Positions 7,840-16,844 of a stretch of DNA of 64,000 bases are shown piece after piece; positions within the stretch are counted from its first letter, which is position 1, and each line of letters begins with the position of its first letter. The notes under the pieces are model-generated. The model had not been told where the DNA came from. It made no database searches and saw only the letters and a list, made by a program, of their open reading frames with translations. The translations under genes were made by a program, and so were the position numbers. The DNA is from a virus: the IMG/VR virus record IMGVR_UViG_3300036987_000083, positions 32,001 to 96,000 of that record; one strand, written 5' to 3'.

Positions 7840-8069
7840 GGCTGCGCCCAATCCGGAATCATCCATTCTGCGCAGTTAAGATCCGTAATGCGTGCTGCGG
7901 CATTTGCGACATGGCCGCGCTCGATTTGCCGCGCGATAACGATACTTGCCGCCTTCAGCCGCGCCTTGAGATCCTCATTCTCCACTTGGAGGTGCTTACG
8001 CTTCTTTTCCCACTCGCGGAGCGCCTTTTCCCCCTCCGCCTGGTCTTCATGCCACTGGCTATTGCTCAT
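7836..8069 (-). CDS. hypothetical coiled-coil protein; first gene of the long operon
   Basis: promoter at 8128; GAGGG SD. Confidence 0.65.
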   Translation of the reverse strand: MSNSQWHEDQAEGEKALREWEKKRKHLQVENEDLKARLKAASIVIARQIERGHVANAAARITDLNCAEWMIPDWAQP

Positions 8070-8183
8070 TAGACCCCTCGGTTTCTCACGATTCCCTCGC
8101 GTGCCTATACCACGGCGGTGATGCTATTGTCAAGGGCGTCTTAGTGGAGAAATACAGTGGAGTTTTCCAAGACCCCTCCCGGC

Positions 8184-8199
8184 GCGACCATGTGGTCGC
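8184..8199. repeat. 16-bp palindrome
   Basis: GCGACCATGTGGTCGC. Confidence 0.95.
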
Positions 8200-8257
8200 T
8201 TACCGAGGCGGCAGGCCGGTCGTATAGTAACTTGGTTCTGTGGTGCTTTGTGGTGGG

Positions 8258-8488
8258 TTACCCACCGTAGCGACGACGCTCGTTGTACAGCTCCAGCTCG
8301 TGGTAGTCCTGGTCGCTCAGCGCCTCGCCGTCGGTGCGACGGGGCGAGCGGTCCGAGTAGCTATTGGGACCGTTGTAACGTCGAATCCGGCTGTGGTGCG
8401 CGTCGGCGCACTGTTGGGCCGCACTAATGCTTCGGTGCGCGTGACTACACGAACCGCATACGTCCCCTCGCGCCTCATAGGTCACCAT
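8258..8488 (-). CDS. small Zn-binding hypothetical protein (CxxC-x-HxH)
   Basis: AGGAG SD. Confidence 0.7.
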   Translation of the reverse strand: MVTYEARGDVCGSCSHAHRSISAAQQCADAHHSRIRRYNGPNSYSDRSPRRTDGEALSDQDYHELELYNERRRYGG

Positions 8489-8516
8489 GGTGTCTCCTTG
8501 TTGAGGCATTTACTGC

Positions 8517-8774
8517 CTAGCCCTCGCCGCCCGCATCCAGAAAGCGGATGCCTTCATCTGAAGGCAGCTCCATTCCGTAGTGCTCTTCGCAGCGGTACAT
8601 CTTGTAACTGCCGGGCACGGCCTCCCCAGCCAGCGCAGCATCTCGCCGCTCGACAGGCAGTACCAAGTCGGAGTGCTGCTCCGCCGTAATACTGGCCTCC
8701 CGGGGGCCTTCGGCCCGCACGAGATGGATTTGGAAAAAGCACTTATTGCTGGTGTAGACCTTGTAGACCTTCAT
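8517..8774 (-). CDS. hypothetical protein
   Basis: ATGA overlap; GGAG SD. Confidence 0.65.
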   Translation of the reverse strand: MKVYKVYTSNKCFFQIHLVRAEGPREASITAEQHSDLVLPVERRDAALAGEAVPGSYKMYRCEEHYGMELPSDEGIRFLDAGGEG

Positions 8775-9022
8775 GGCTTCTCCTGGGGGTTGCGGTGCTT
8801 CGCCATTGGCGCCGTCTCGTCCAGCCAGTCGGCCAGCGCTTCGACCAGCTTGGCCACCTCACTACGAGTCATGTGCGCGTAGCCCTTGAGCGGAGTGCGC
8901 GGCGTGAATTGCAGGCACATACTCCGCGCCTCACCCCCAAAGAAAGAGGTGACGTACAAGTCCCCCGCCAACTCAGGGGACTCTGGAATCCGCTCGTCGC
9001 TGGGGAAAATCTCTCTGGACAT
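8771..9022 (-). CDS. hypothetical protein, leaderless
   Basis: TTGACA-N17-TATAAA-N6-ATG. Confidence 0.75.
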   Translation of the reverse strand: MSREIFPSDERIPESPELAGDLYVTSFFGGEARSMCLQFTPRTPLKGYAHMTRSEVAKLVEALADWLDETAPMAKHRNPQEKP

Positions 9023-9106
9023 GGATCCTTTATACGCCAACCAACTGCTGTTGTCAAGCGCCTGGAAGTGGAACCGGGCTTGGGAGTTTTCTGTACCAGC
9101 CCTGGG

Positions 9107-9122
9107 GCGACCATGTGGACGC
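9107..9122. repeat. 16-bp palindrome variant
   Basis: GCGACCATGTGGACGC. Confidence 0.9.
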
Positions 9123-9131
9123 TGGCGGGAG

Positions 9132-9320
9132 TTAGTACGGTGGGCCTCTTGGGGCGTGCTTCCATTGGCCGGTCAGTCTGTCTAACCAAAACCAGCCCTT
9201 GATGGTGCGCACCCACCAGTCATCGTGGCGCGTGATGTAGCGACAGTCGATAATCTCCCCCTCTACTTGAGGGAGGTTATTTTCCTTCAGAAGCACCTTG
9301 TATCGGTCAGAGGTCCACAT
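9132..9320 (-). CDS. small Trp-rich hypothetical protein
   Basis: ORF 4 nt after upstream stop. Confidence 0.6.
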   Translation of the reverse strand: MWTSDRYKVLLKENNLPQVEGEIIDCRYITRHDDWWVRTIKGWFWLDRLTGQWKHAPRGPPY

Positions 9321-9324
9321 GGCT

Positions 9325-9909
9325 TCAGTTGAAGCGGTGCTCCCACGCGGCAGTCAGCGCGTCATGGTACTCCGCCGAGACGTGCCCCTTCATAGCCGCG
9401 AGAGTAGAGGGGTCGGAGCCGAGGAAGCCCCAGCACGAGTCGCCGTCCGCCGTGCCGCCTTCGAGGACGTAGCCCCAGATGTTGCCCTGAAGGTACTCGT
9501 CGTAGCTCTCGACTTCCCCCTTGAGGCACTCCTCCGCCTGCTTGCGAACCTTCGCCGTGATGCGCTTCACCCCGAAGTTCTCGCGGATCTTCTCGGGCGT
9601 GGCCACGATGTAGCCCACGTACCCGGAATCCCAGCGGTCCGTCGGGGGACCCACGCGCATAGTGATGCCGCTGTGGTCGTACAGGGAGAGCGCAAGCACG
9701 ATGGAGCCCTCGGGCGCATTCTCCTTGAGCCATTCGGTCGGGTCCACCTTGGGCTGGATGTCCCCGAGGATATAACGGCGGTGCCAGCACGCCATCACCC
9801 CGAGGTCGCTCCACTCCCGAGGAGACTGGCCCTCTTCGTCCTGAATGATTTTGGCGGACGGCAGGGGGATGGCGACGGCTCCACCAACGTCTTCGTTGTA
9901 GTCGGGCAT
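9325..9909 (-). CDS. conserved mobile-element hypothetical protein (LYDHSG...WDSG.VG...SCWGF family)
   Basis: recalled motif; leaderless promoter. Confidence 0.8.
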   Translation of the reverse strand: MPDYNEDVGGAVAIPLPSAKIIQDEEGQSPREWSDLGVMACWHRRYILGDIQPKVDPTEWLKENAPEGSIVLALSLYDHSGITMRVGPPTDRWDSGYVGYIVATPEKIRENFGVKRITAKVRKQAEECLKGEVESYDEYLQGNIWGYVLEGGTADGDSCWGFLGSDPSTLAAMKGHVSAEYHDALTAAWEHRFN

Positions 9910-9952
9910 GGGTCCCTTATACCTCAGAAAGACTGCTATTGTCAAGCTCTTG

Positions 9953-10246
9953 CTACTGGACCGCTTGCCGTACAGTCTCCAGCCACCCCGAGGGTTGATC
10001 CACGTCGGCGAGGAACTGCTGGGGGTTGCTGATGGGTCGAACGATGGCCTGAATCAGGTGTGGGGCGTCGCCGTGGGAGTCCGCCGCGAGGTCCCTGCGA
10101 CTGTAGTAGCCGTACCAGTCCCCGTCTGGGCCTCGCGTCAGGTACTGCGTGGGGCTCACCTGCCGGGCCAGCGCCTTTGCAGCGCGGAGACTGTTGGCGG
10201 TGTCCGGGTTGCGACCGTTGCTGTAGGTAATCAGATAGAGGGGCAT
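9953..10246 (-). CDS. hypothetical protein, leaderless
   Basis: TTGACA-N18-TATTGA-N6-ATG. Confidence 0.75.
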   Translation of the reverse strand: MPLYLITYSNGRNPDTANSLRAAKALARQVSPTQYLTRGPDGDWYGYYSRRDLAADSHGDAPHLIQAIVRPISNPQQFLADVDQPSGWLETVRQAVQ

Positions 10247-10361
10247 GGTCGGTCAATACCACAGCAGCCCTGCCGTTGTCAAGCGCCCAGAAGGAGTCCG
10301 GGGCCGTTGGTCGTGTAAACTTTTATTGACCTGGGCTTAATTTCTTGGCATTCCCCCTGGA

Positions 10362-10550
10362 ATGAAATGCCGACATGGGCGGATGGGGCCTTGCCCTTTG
10401 TGCAAGGGTGAGGCGCAAGACAGGAAGCTTTTGCGGGACCTTAGCCGTCGTGTGGCACAGCTTGAAGCTACCGTGGCTACACTCACCACGTCTGGCTCCA
10501 AGACTTGTACCCGCCTTAATGGCTGCAAGGCAGGCGGGTGCGGCAAATGA
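10362..10550 (+). CDS. small Cys-rich protein
   Basis: CxH...CPLC and C-terminal Cys cluster; ATGA overlap with the next gene. Confidence 0.6.
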   Translation: MKCRHGRMGPCPLCKGEAQDRKLLRDLSRRVAQLEATVATLTTSGSKTCTRLNGCKAGGCGK

Positions 10551-11050
10551 TGCCTAAAGCAAAGCCGTCGGCGATGATTGAGCTATGGAGCATTAACCGC
10601 TGGTTGCGGTGGACGGGCATTCGTCTAGCCGTCGAGGTAGACATCCTGGGTGCAGGCCTACCGACTCGGGGGCCCACTCGTATTGGCCTGGTCTGGTGGG
10701 GGTGGAAGGACTTGCTCTCCTCGGCGAAGCCCTCCGCCGGGCAGCTTCTTCCGCTGATGTCTGGTTCCGATGAGGACACTCCCGACCCCCTGGACCACTT
10801 CAAGCTGAACCTGGCGCCCCTCCAGGCGGCCCTTCCACCTGCGGAAGGGCAGGTGAAGTCCCGTCTCAAGCGTCTCCTGGGCTCCCAGGAGCCTCGCGCA
10901 GCGTCTCCAGCCCCGCTGAGGAGCTATGACAGCCCCACTCCACTCCGGCCTGCCACGTCCTCGTGCCTTCACCTCGTCAAGGGGGAGTTCCGGACCTGGT
11001 GCCAAGGCTGCCTCCACTGCGCCTCTGTCCCCGACAAGGACTCCTGGTGA
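10547..11050 (+). CDS. hypothetical protein with C-terminal Cys motif
   Basis: overlaps both neighbours by 4 nt. Confidence 0.6.
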   Translation: MMPKAKPSAMIELWSINRWLRWTGIRLAVEVDILGAGLPTRGPTRIGLVWWGWKDLLSSAKPSAGQLLPLMSGSDEDTPDPLDHFKLNLAPLQAALPPAEGQVKSRLKRLLGSQEPRAASPAPLRSYDSPTPLRPATSSCLHLVKGEFRTWCQGCLHCASVPDKDSW

Positions 11051-11685
11051 GAGTCCTCATCGGCTGTGAGTCCAGTGGTACTGTGCGTGACGCCTTCCTT
11101 GCGGAAGGCCACGACGCCATGTCGTGCGACTTGCTGCCTACGGAGGTGCCAGGACCCCACTTCGAGGGGGATGTCTTCGAGGCCATCGGCCTTCGTAGTT
11201 GGGATCTCGCGATTTTTCACCCACCCTGCACGTACTTGAGTGTCAGCGGGATGCACTGGAACGGGAATCCGAAGCACAAACGGGGGCAGGATCTCATCGA
11301 CGGCGTGAGCTGGGGGCACCGGCAGACCAACGACTCCGTAGAGTTCGTACGACGGCTGCTGTTCTGCGGCATTCCCCGCATCGCGGTTGAGAACCCGGTC
11401 GGGGTGCTGTCCACGAGGCTTCGTAAGCCGGACCAGGTGATACAGCCCTATGAGTACGGGGACCCCGAGAGCAAGAAGACCTGCCTGTGGCTGGTAGGCC
11501 TGAAGCCCCTTACTCCAACTAACGTACTCCCCCTCCCCGAGGGTGGGCGCTGGGCGAACCAAACTGCCAGCGGTCAGAATAAGCTCGGTCCCTCTGCAGA
11601 CCGGTGGAAGATTCGTAGCAAGACGTACCCAGGAATCGCGCGGGCCATGGCCGCCCAATTTGGTTCGAGCGCGTATACACTTTGA
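11047..11685 (+). CDS. phage DNA cytosine-methyltransferase-like protein
   Basis: VLIGCESSG..RDAF (motif I-like), DLAIFHPPC (motif IV PC), IAVENPVG (motif VI). Confidence 0.75.
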   Translation: MRVLIGCESSGTVRDAFLAEGHDAMSCDLLPTEVPGPHFEGDVFEAIGLRSWDLAIFHPPCTYLSVSGMHWNGNPKHKRGQDLIDGVSWGHRQTNDSVEFVRRLLFCGIPRIAVENPVGVLSTRLRKPDQVIQPYEYGDPESKKTCLWLVGLKPLTPTNVLPLPEGGRWANQTASGQNKLGPSADRWKIRSKTYPGIARAMAAQFGSSAYTL

Positions 11686-11703
11686 TTATACATAAAAAAC
11701 TTT

Positions 11704-11817
11704 ATGTTCGAGCCCAGCCCTCTTCCACTCGTTAGCGTCATCCAGGCCGAAGGGCGGCCGGATGCGGCCGTCTCGACTCCGGCACTGCTGCGTGCTGCTC
11801 GCCGAGCCAAGATATGA
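11704..11817 (+). CDS. possible 37-aa peptide
   Basis: open frame between the MTase and tRNA-Ile; last sense codon is ATA. Confidence 0.3.
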   Translation: MFEPSPLPLVSVIQAEGRPDAAVSTPALLRAARRAKI

Positions 11818-11837
11818 AGCTCCGGCAAGCCACGCGC

Positions 11838-11909
11838 AGGCCTGTAGCTCAGTGGTAGAGCGCGCTCCTTATAAGAGCGGGGTCACGGGTTCGAGTCCCG
11901 TCGGGCCTA
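11838..11909 (+). tRNA. trnI: tRNA-Ile(UAU)
   Basis: cloverleaf; stem CGCTC/GAGCG, loop CTTATAA; A73. Confidence 0.9.
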
Positions 11910-12060
11910 CTCCAGACTAGAATCCCCCAAGAACAAGAGCCCTGGGGTGACCTCGGCTGACAGTACCGTGGAAGGATCTTCCAAGGGATGACCCCAGGAG
12001 ACTTACCCTGGTCGGGACTCAGTGGAAGAACCCGTCCGGCTCCGGCGGAAGAGGCTAACA

Positions 12061-12076
12061 GCGTCCACATGGTCGC
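12061..12076. repeat. 16-bp palindrome variant
   Basis: GCGTCCACATGGTCGC. Confidence 0.85.
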
Positions 12077-12176
12077 CGATGGGATGTGGGTTCCTGGTGA
12101 TGACACCAGGAACCCTGGTCAGGCTCGTCCTTGGCGCCTCCTTGACAATGAGATGGCTACCTGCTAGTGGTGTGCC

Positions 12177-12827
12177 ATGTCCAACACCAAGAACGGCAGC
12201 CCCGCGAAGGTGAGAAGGAAGCTCACGCAATTCGGCGTGGTGATTCGACGGCACCCAACCAGCGAGGCCGAGAAGCTGCTGATGCGGGATTTTGGCAACG
12301 AAACCCACGCTGAGTGCAATCACGGTGTCGGGCACTGCCAGTTCTCCAAGATGTTCGAGGTGCTCTTCAAGGCGGAGCGGCAGCGTCAGTACGAGGCAAG
12401 GAAGCTCGCCACCTGCGACGGGTGTGGCCGGAAGGGCGGGGATATCCAGTCCTGCGGCAGAGACGCGAATGGGGAGCCGGACGCTCCTAGTCTTTGCTTC
12501 CTCTGCCGGAAGACCTATGAGCGAGGTGGGGAGCCCAAGCGCGTCCCCTCCGCGACGCTGGGCGAGCTGGATAAAGTCGCCAAGAGGGTCGAAGCCCGGC
12601 TGAACAAGCAGCACGAGAAGTTGCTGAAGGAGACGAGCAAGGCGCTTCAGTTGGGCATCGCGCTCGTAAACGCGGCGTGGAACTGCTCGCGGAACCCGAG
12701 CGATCCTCAGTTCCAGAAGATGACCGACTACGACAAGGGACCAACAGAGGCGGCCCTGCGAAACGCGGCGGACAAGGTGGACCGCACTCTTTCACGCCTT
12801 CGGCGGGATTCACGAGGGGACTCCTAG
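12177..12827 (+). CDS. hypothetical protein with CxxC..CxxC Zn motif, leaderless
   Basis: TTGACA-N17-TAGTGG-N6-ATG. Confidence 0.75.
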   Translation: MSNTKNGSPAKVRRKLTQFGVVIRRHPTSEAEKLLMRDFGNETHAECNHGVGHCQFSKMFEVLFKAERQRQYEARKLATCDGCGRKGGDIQSCGRDANGEPDAPSLCFLCRKTYERGGEPKRVPSATLGELDKVAKRVEARLNKQHEKLLKETSKALQLGIALVNAAWNCSRNPSDPQFQKMTDYDKGPTEAALRNAADKVDRTLSRLRRDSRGDS

Positions 12828-13684
12828 TGGCCAAGCGCAAGCACAGCAAGACGGGGAGCACAGTGAAGCGTGTCCTCTCGTATACGAATCGGAAAATGGA
12901 GGGACAACTCCTTTGGGACGCTTCGACCGAGGAGCTGGAGGCGGGAGCCGTGCTTGCGCTTTTCCGCCACCTCGACGAGGAGTGGCAGGTCTACGGGGAA
13001 CTCACCGAAGAGCCTTATCTCGCCAAGTTTCCGGAAAACCACCCCGATGGGTGCATGTGTGAGCCGTGTCAGTACGCGCGAGAGACGCGCAAGCAGGCTC
13101 CTGTGGAAAAGGAGGCCAACGCGCAAATGCTTGCGCTGTACAAACGTGCGAAGAAGGGAGAAGCGCAGGCAGCCAAAATCCTGTTGCACGAGCGAGCGTC
13201 TCGCGAATACGAGAAGTACGCATTCGTTTCCGTCGAGTCGGAAACCTCGACGTATCCAAAGCGGGAGTGGGGCGTCACCAAGCCTTGTGGCGTCGGCTAC
13301 GTCCATAAGACCGGGCTTATCCGCTGGGGCAACCACGGGCGACTTTTCTACTCCCTGGAGCCTACCCTCGACTTGGCCGTGAAGCGGCTGACTGCTGAGG
13401 GGGGTGTGCTGCGCTACGACATTTCCACGCGGGAGGAGGTCCTCATCGAGGAGCCGTGGGCTTTGGTGCCGTTCCGGGCGCGCAAGGTGAGCCCAGCCAC
13501 CAAGACGATGGAGACGGAGGAGGAGTATGCCTGCGCGATGCTGAATGTCGCCGATCCGAAGAACGCTGCACACGCCATGAAGGTGCTTGCGTTGGGCACC
13601 ATCCCTGCGGGGGAGAAGGTTCTGAAGTTCACCAAGCAGGTCTGCCCGTCTTGCGCGCGAGAGATGGAGAGGTTCGATCCGTGA
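12827..13684 (+). CDS. hypothetical protein with Cys motifs
   Basis: GTG overlaps upstream TAG; GC3-biased frame. Confidence 0.7.
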   Translation: MAKRKHSKTGSTVKRVLSYTNRKMEGQLLWDASTEELEAGAVLALFRHLDEEWQVYGELTEEPYLAKFPENHPDGCMCEPCQYARETRKQAPVEKEANAQMLALYKRAKKGEAQAAKILLHERASREYEKYAFVSVESETSTYPKREWGVTKPCGVGYVHKTGLIRWGNHGRLFYSLEPTLDLAVKRLTAEGGVLRYDISTREEVLIEEPWALVPFRARKVSPATKTMETEEEYACAMLNVADPKNAAHAMKVLALGTIPAGEKVLKFTKQVCPSCAREMERFDP

Positions 13685-13869
13685 TGGCGCCTGTTGAGAA
13701 GTTTCACGCGCACCTCGACCTGTGCCCGCAGTGCCGTGAGCACCCCTTGGAGTTGTGCGCGAGTGGCCACCGACTGTTGCTTGACATGGCTGGACCCTCG
13801 AAGCCCTACTCGATGTCGTCGTCCGTGAGTCCCGAGTCATCCCCTTCCGGGTCGTCGAAGCCTAAGTAG
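13684..13869 (+). CDS. small protein with HxxxCxxC (ZAS-like) motif
   Basis: HLDLCPQCR; ATG overlaps upstream TGA. Confidence 0.6.
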   Translation: MAPVEKFHAHLDLCPQCREHPLELCASGHRLLLDMAGPSKPYSMSSSVSPESSPSGSSKPK

Positions 13870-13996
13870 TCCGGCTACCTGAGGTGGAAGCCTCGCCGAT
13901 GGGGCTGCTCCCTGGGTCACAATGCCAATTTTTATAATTTCCTGCCCGGCCGGGAACCCCTGAATACCGCTACTTGGCGGCCTGGCCTCGGCGACC

Positions 13997-14012
13997 ACGA
14001 CCATATGGTCGC
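13997..14012. repeat. 16-bp palindrome variant with an extra half-site at 13991
   Basis: ACGACCATATGGTCGC at a convergent junction. Confidence 0.85.
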
Positions 14013-14156
14013 CCTTTATAAAAAAAAACTAGAAGTGGAAGACGCGCTGTCTGTCAGCGGGAGCAGCGTCCGGGTTCTTGTTCGAGTCCGGGGGAGTCCC
14101 GTCCGGATTCCCGGGCGCGCCATCAGAGGGCGACCGTGTTCTCGGGCCGGGGACTT

Positions 14157-14726
14157 TTACCAGCCTGGAGGCACCTTCGTAGCCAAGCAGGTGACGGTGT
14201 TGTTCCCCCACTTGAGCCCAAGATCCGCAAAAAGTGAGGGCGGGAACTCCGCCTCGCCGAGTGGCCACAGCGCAGGCTCTCCCGGCCGCCGGGTATGAAG
14301 CCCGCCCTGCAGCACACCGATGATGCGCGTATGCCCTGCAACGGTGCACTTCAGCAGGTTCGCCAGGGCTCCTGAGAAGTTCTGCCCACTGGCCCCCTGG
14401 AAGGTACTACAGGTGCGGAACCAGATGAGGGTGTCAGTACGCACCCTGGGGATGAGCACCGCGAAGCTATCCACTACGCTGGGCTGGGAGGCCAGCCATA
14501 CCGTACCTGCGCTTCCATGTCCCCAATATTGGATGGACTCGTAAGTGGTGTCCTTCCTCGCCAGCCAGTTGAGGGCGTCTGCCCAGGACTCCGCTGCGTA
14601 ATACTCGTCAACGGCACCGAAGGCCTTCTGGAGCCAGCACCCTACAGCCCAGGTGAGACGAAGGAACTTGTCCATCCAGCGAGGACCGGGATTATTGTCG
14701 TAAATGGTAACGCGCATGTCGGGCAC
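14157..14726 (-). CDS. DUF4347-like / caspase-fold hypothetical protein
   Basis: IQYWGHG and WFRTC motifs resemble a His-Cys dyad. Confidence 0.55.
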   Translation of the reverse strand: MPDMRVTIYDNNPGPRWMDKFLRLTWAVGCWLQKAFGAVDEYYAAESWADALNWLARKDTTYESIQYWGHGSAGTVWLASQPSVVDSFAVLIPRVRTDTLIWFRTCSTFQGASGQNFSGALANLLKCTVAGHTRIIGVLQGGLHTRRPGEPALWPLGEAEFPPSLFADLGLKWGNNTVTCLATKVPPGW

Positions 14727-14827
14727 TCTACCTCACCGGTAGTGGAATTCTAGCGGGAGTTTTCCGCGACCTGGCAAAACAAAACCCGCCGTCCCAGGTG
14801 GGAGGCGGGCTGCGCCCTCCAGTGCTA

Positions 14828-15817
14828 CTACGGCACCTTGCCGTAGTGCTTCTCGACGAGAGCCTCGACCTGCGCCTTGAAGGCCGCCGGGAATTCCCAG
14901 ACGGACTCGGCAGGGTTCCACTTCCGGGGGAGGAGCGCCTTGTCCAGCTTCCGAAGCTCGGCGACGTAGCTCATGCGGAAAGGCGTCTTCACCTTAAGGG
15001 TGTCACCCACCTCGGTGATGCTGATGATGGGCTCGCCAGAGGGGAGGGTCTTGGGGGGAGTCGGAGGTGCGACGGGACTCGTGACGTAGGGGGCGAGGGG
15101 TCCCATCTTGGCGAGCTTGGCCGCATCTGCGGCAACCTGGGCTTCCGCCAGCACCTGCAGCTCGGCAAGGTGGATCTCCGCTGCCTCGATGGTTTCGACG
15201 AGGCCCTCGAAGTGCGGGTAGTGCTTGATGACTGCCATACGAAAGGCGTTGAACTCGTGGGCAGGGAAGGACCAGCACGCCTTCGAGACGCTCGGCCCCA
15301 CCGGGTGGAACTGGTAGCCATGGATTCGCTTGAATGCCATCCGGGCGGCCTTGTTCTGAGGGCCGGAGACGCCCAGCCGCCCTTCAGCCATCGGGAAGAC
15401 GGAAGCCAGCCCCGTGGCCGCCTCGCCCATCCAGAGCGCCACGATGCCGACGTAGCCCAGCCCGAGGACGATGCCGCAGAGCGCCTTGATGTTGTGGCGA
15501 TTCTGGTTGTGAGACAAGATCCATTCAATGCGCTTCACCTCGATGCGCCAGTCTTCGCGGGAGCCCGCGTCGCTTGCCCGGAGGGCCGCTTCGAGGTTCT
15601 GAAACGTTTCCATCGTCTCGGGAGTCAGTTCGAGCACGTCCACCGAGGAGTAGGCCGCCAGCACCTTCTCCATGTCGGAAGGAATGAGACGGGCGAGGAG
15701 TGCATTGTCCAGCAAACGACAATAAGGGCCGATCCCCTCGTTGAGGCTCGCCGCGTCGGTGAGAGGGTGGCTACAGCGGAAGCAGTGACGGGATCCGAGA
15801 TTCTTGGGGGCGTACAT
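14828..15817 (-). CDS. DUF6011-type Zn-finger protein
   Basis: CFRCSHPLTDAASLNEGIGPYC at the N-terminus; own promoter and CCCGCAG leader. Confidence 0.75.
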   Translation of the reverse strand: MYAPKNLGSRHCFRCSHPLTDAASLNEGIGPYCRLLDNALLARLIPSDMEKVLAAYSSVDVLELTPETMETFQNLEAALRASDAGSREDWRIEVKRIEWILSHNQNRHNIKALCGIVLGLGYVGIVALWMGEAATGLASVFPMAEGRLGVSGPQNKAARMAFKRIHGYQFHPVGPSVSKACWSFPAHEFNAFRMAVIKHYPHFEGLVETIEAAEIHLAELQVLAEAQVAADAAKLAKMGPLAPYVTSPVAPPTPPKTLPSGEPIISITEVGDTLKVKTPFRMSYVAELRKLDKALLPRKWNPAESVWEFPAAFKAQVEALVEKHYGKVP

Positions 15818-15850
15818 GGGTGGCTCCGAGTGACTGCGGGTGTGAAACAG

Positions 15851-16675
15851 TCATAGCACGTTGTATCCACCGTTGTCAAGTTTGTAAGATAGCCCACAGT
15901 TCTGAAGACTCGGGGTTACTTGCTTCAAGAATTTGTTAGCATTTTCGGCATAGAGCCGGATGCCTTCGTAACGCTTCGTCCCTCCTAACTTATTATAAGA
16001 CCCGTTTGAGGTACCGCGATTGACCCATGTACACTTGGTGCTATCCACTTGGGTTTTGATTTTAAGGAGAGCGCGAAGCGCGAGATTTTCGTCGTGGGTA
16101 AATGCACAAGTTGAGAAACGAATTGTGGTTTTGTCCACATGCCCTGTGGGTCGGACTCTAGCCGGAGACAGACACCCGTCGTCGAGATACCAGATCCCCA
16201 AGCCTAACTCCGTGATGGTGTCGAAAGGGTGAAGTGGCACGGATTTTCTTCCCTCGATTACGACGAGCTTCGCCAGCTCAGTAAGGAATGGGTGTCGCAC
16301 AGTACGTAGGCGGATTCGATCGGGTGGGTAATCTATTGTCCGTACAAGCGGCCCAAGCAGCTTCGCCTTCCACCGAAGATAGTCCTCTTGGCTAAGTGCG
16401 TGCTTAATTTCCAGCCCCCAATTACTCCCCGATTGTCGTGGCTTCGCTAAGTGGCCGTCTCCAAGGATAGAACCGAGGATGACTTGCTGAGCCATTTCGC
16501 TTACGGGAATGGCCGCGTTTACTTGAGAAGGTATACGTCCTACGGTGCGCGCGTTTTCGGCACGACAAGGCTTACAGAGCCGCCTCGCCGCTTTCTTCGT
16601 ACCAAGACAATACGCGGGCACCGGGATGGGGACGCAACACTTGGCGCAGCGCAAGTCTACCCAGCGTTCATTCAT
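15851..16675 (-). CDS. LAGLIDADG-type (two-motif) homing endonuclease with N-terminal Cys motif
   Basis: ILGSILGDGHL and LGIWYLDDG motifs; visibly lower GC than neighbours. Confidence 0.8.
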   Translation of the reverse strand: MNERWVDLRCAKCCVPIPVPAYCLGTKKAARRLCKPCRAENARTVGRIPSQVNAAIPVSEMAQQVILGSILGDGHLAKPRQSGSNWGLEIKHALSQEDYLRWKAKLLGPLVRTIDYPPDRIRLRTVRHPFLTELAKLVVIEGRKSVPLHPFDTITELGLGIWYLDDGCLSPARVRPTGHVDKTTIRFSTCAFTHDENLALRALLKIKTQVDSTKCTWVNRGTSNGSYNKLGGTKRYEGIRLYAENANKFLKQVTPSLQNCGLSYKLDNGGYNVL

Positions 16676-16828
16676 CCTTCGGTCCTAGCGTGGAGTAACT
16701 CCATGTGTCCATGTGGTCACGGCATTGACGGCCGCGACAGGGCTACCAGGCTGTGCAAGTGGAACCCGGACGGGGAGTTTTCCGCCCAAGCGGACACGGA
16801 AAGCCCGGCCTCCAGGGGAAGCCGGGCC

Positions 16829-16844
16829 GCGTCCATGTGGTCGC
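16829..16844. repeat. 16-bp palindrome variant, overlaps a stop codon
   Basis: GCGTCCATGTGGTCGC. Confidence 0.9.

Noticed and set aside
14798-15856. Long plus-strand ORFs here and at 9298-10032, 19888-21069, 21317-22204, 34885-35940
   Set aside because: They are antisense shadows of GC3-biased minus-strand genes that have promoters and recognisable motifs.
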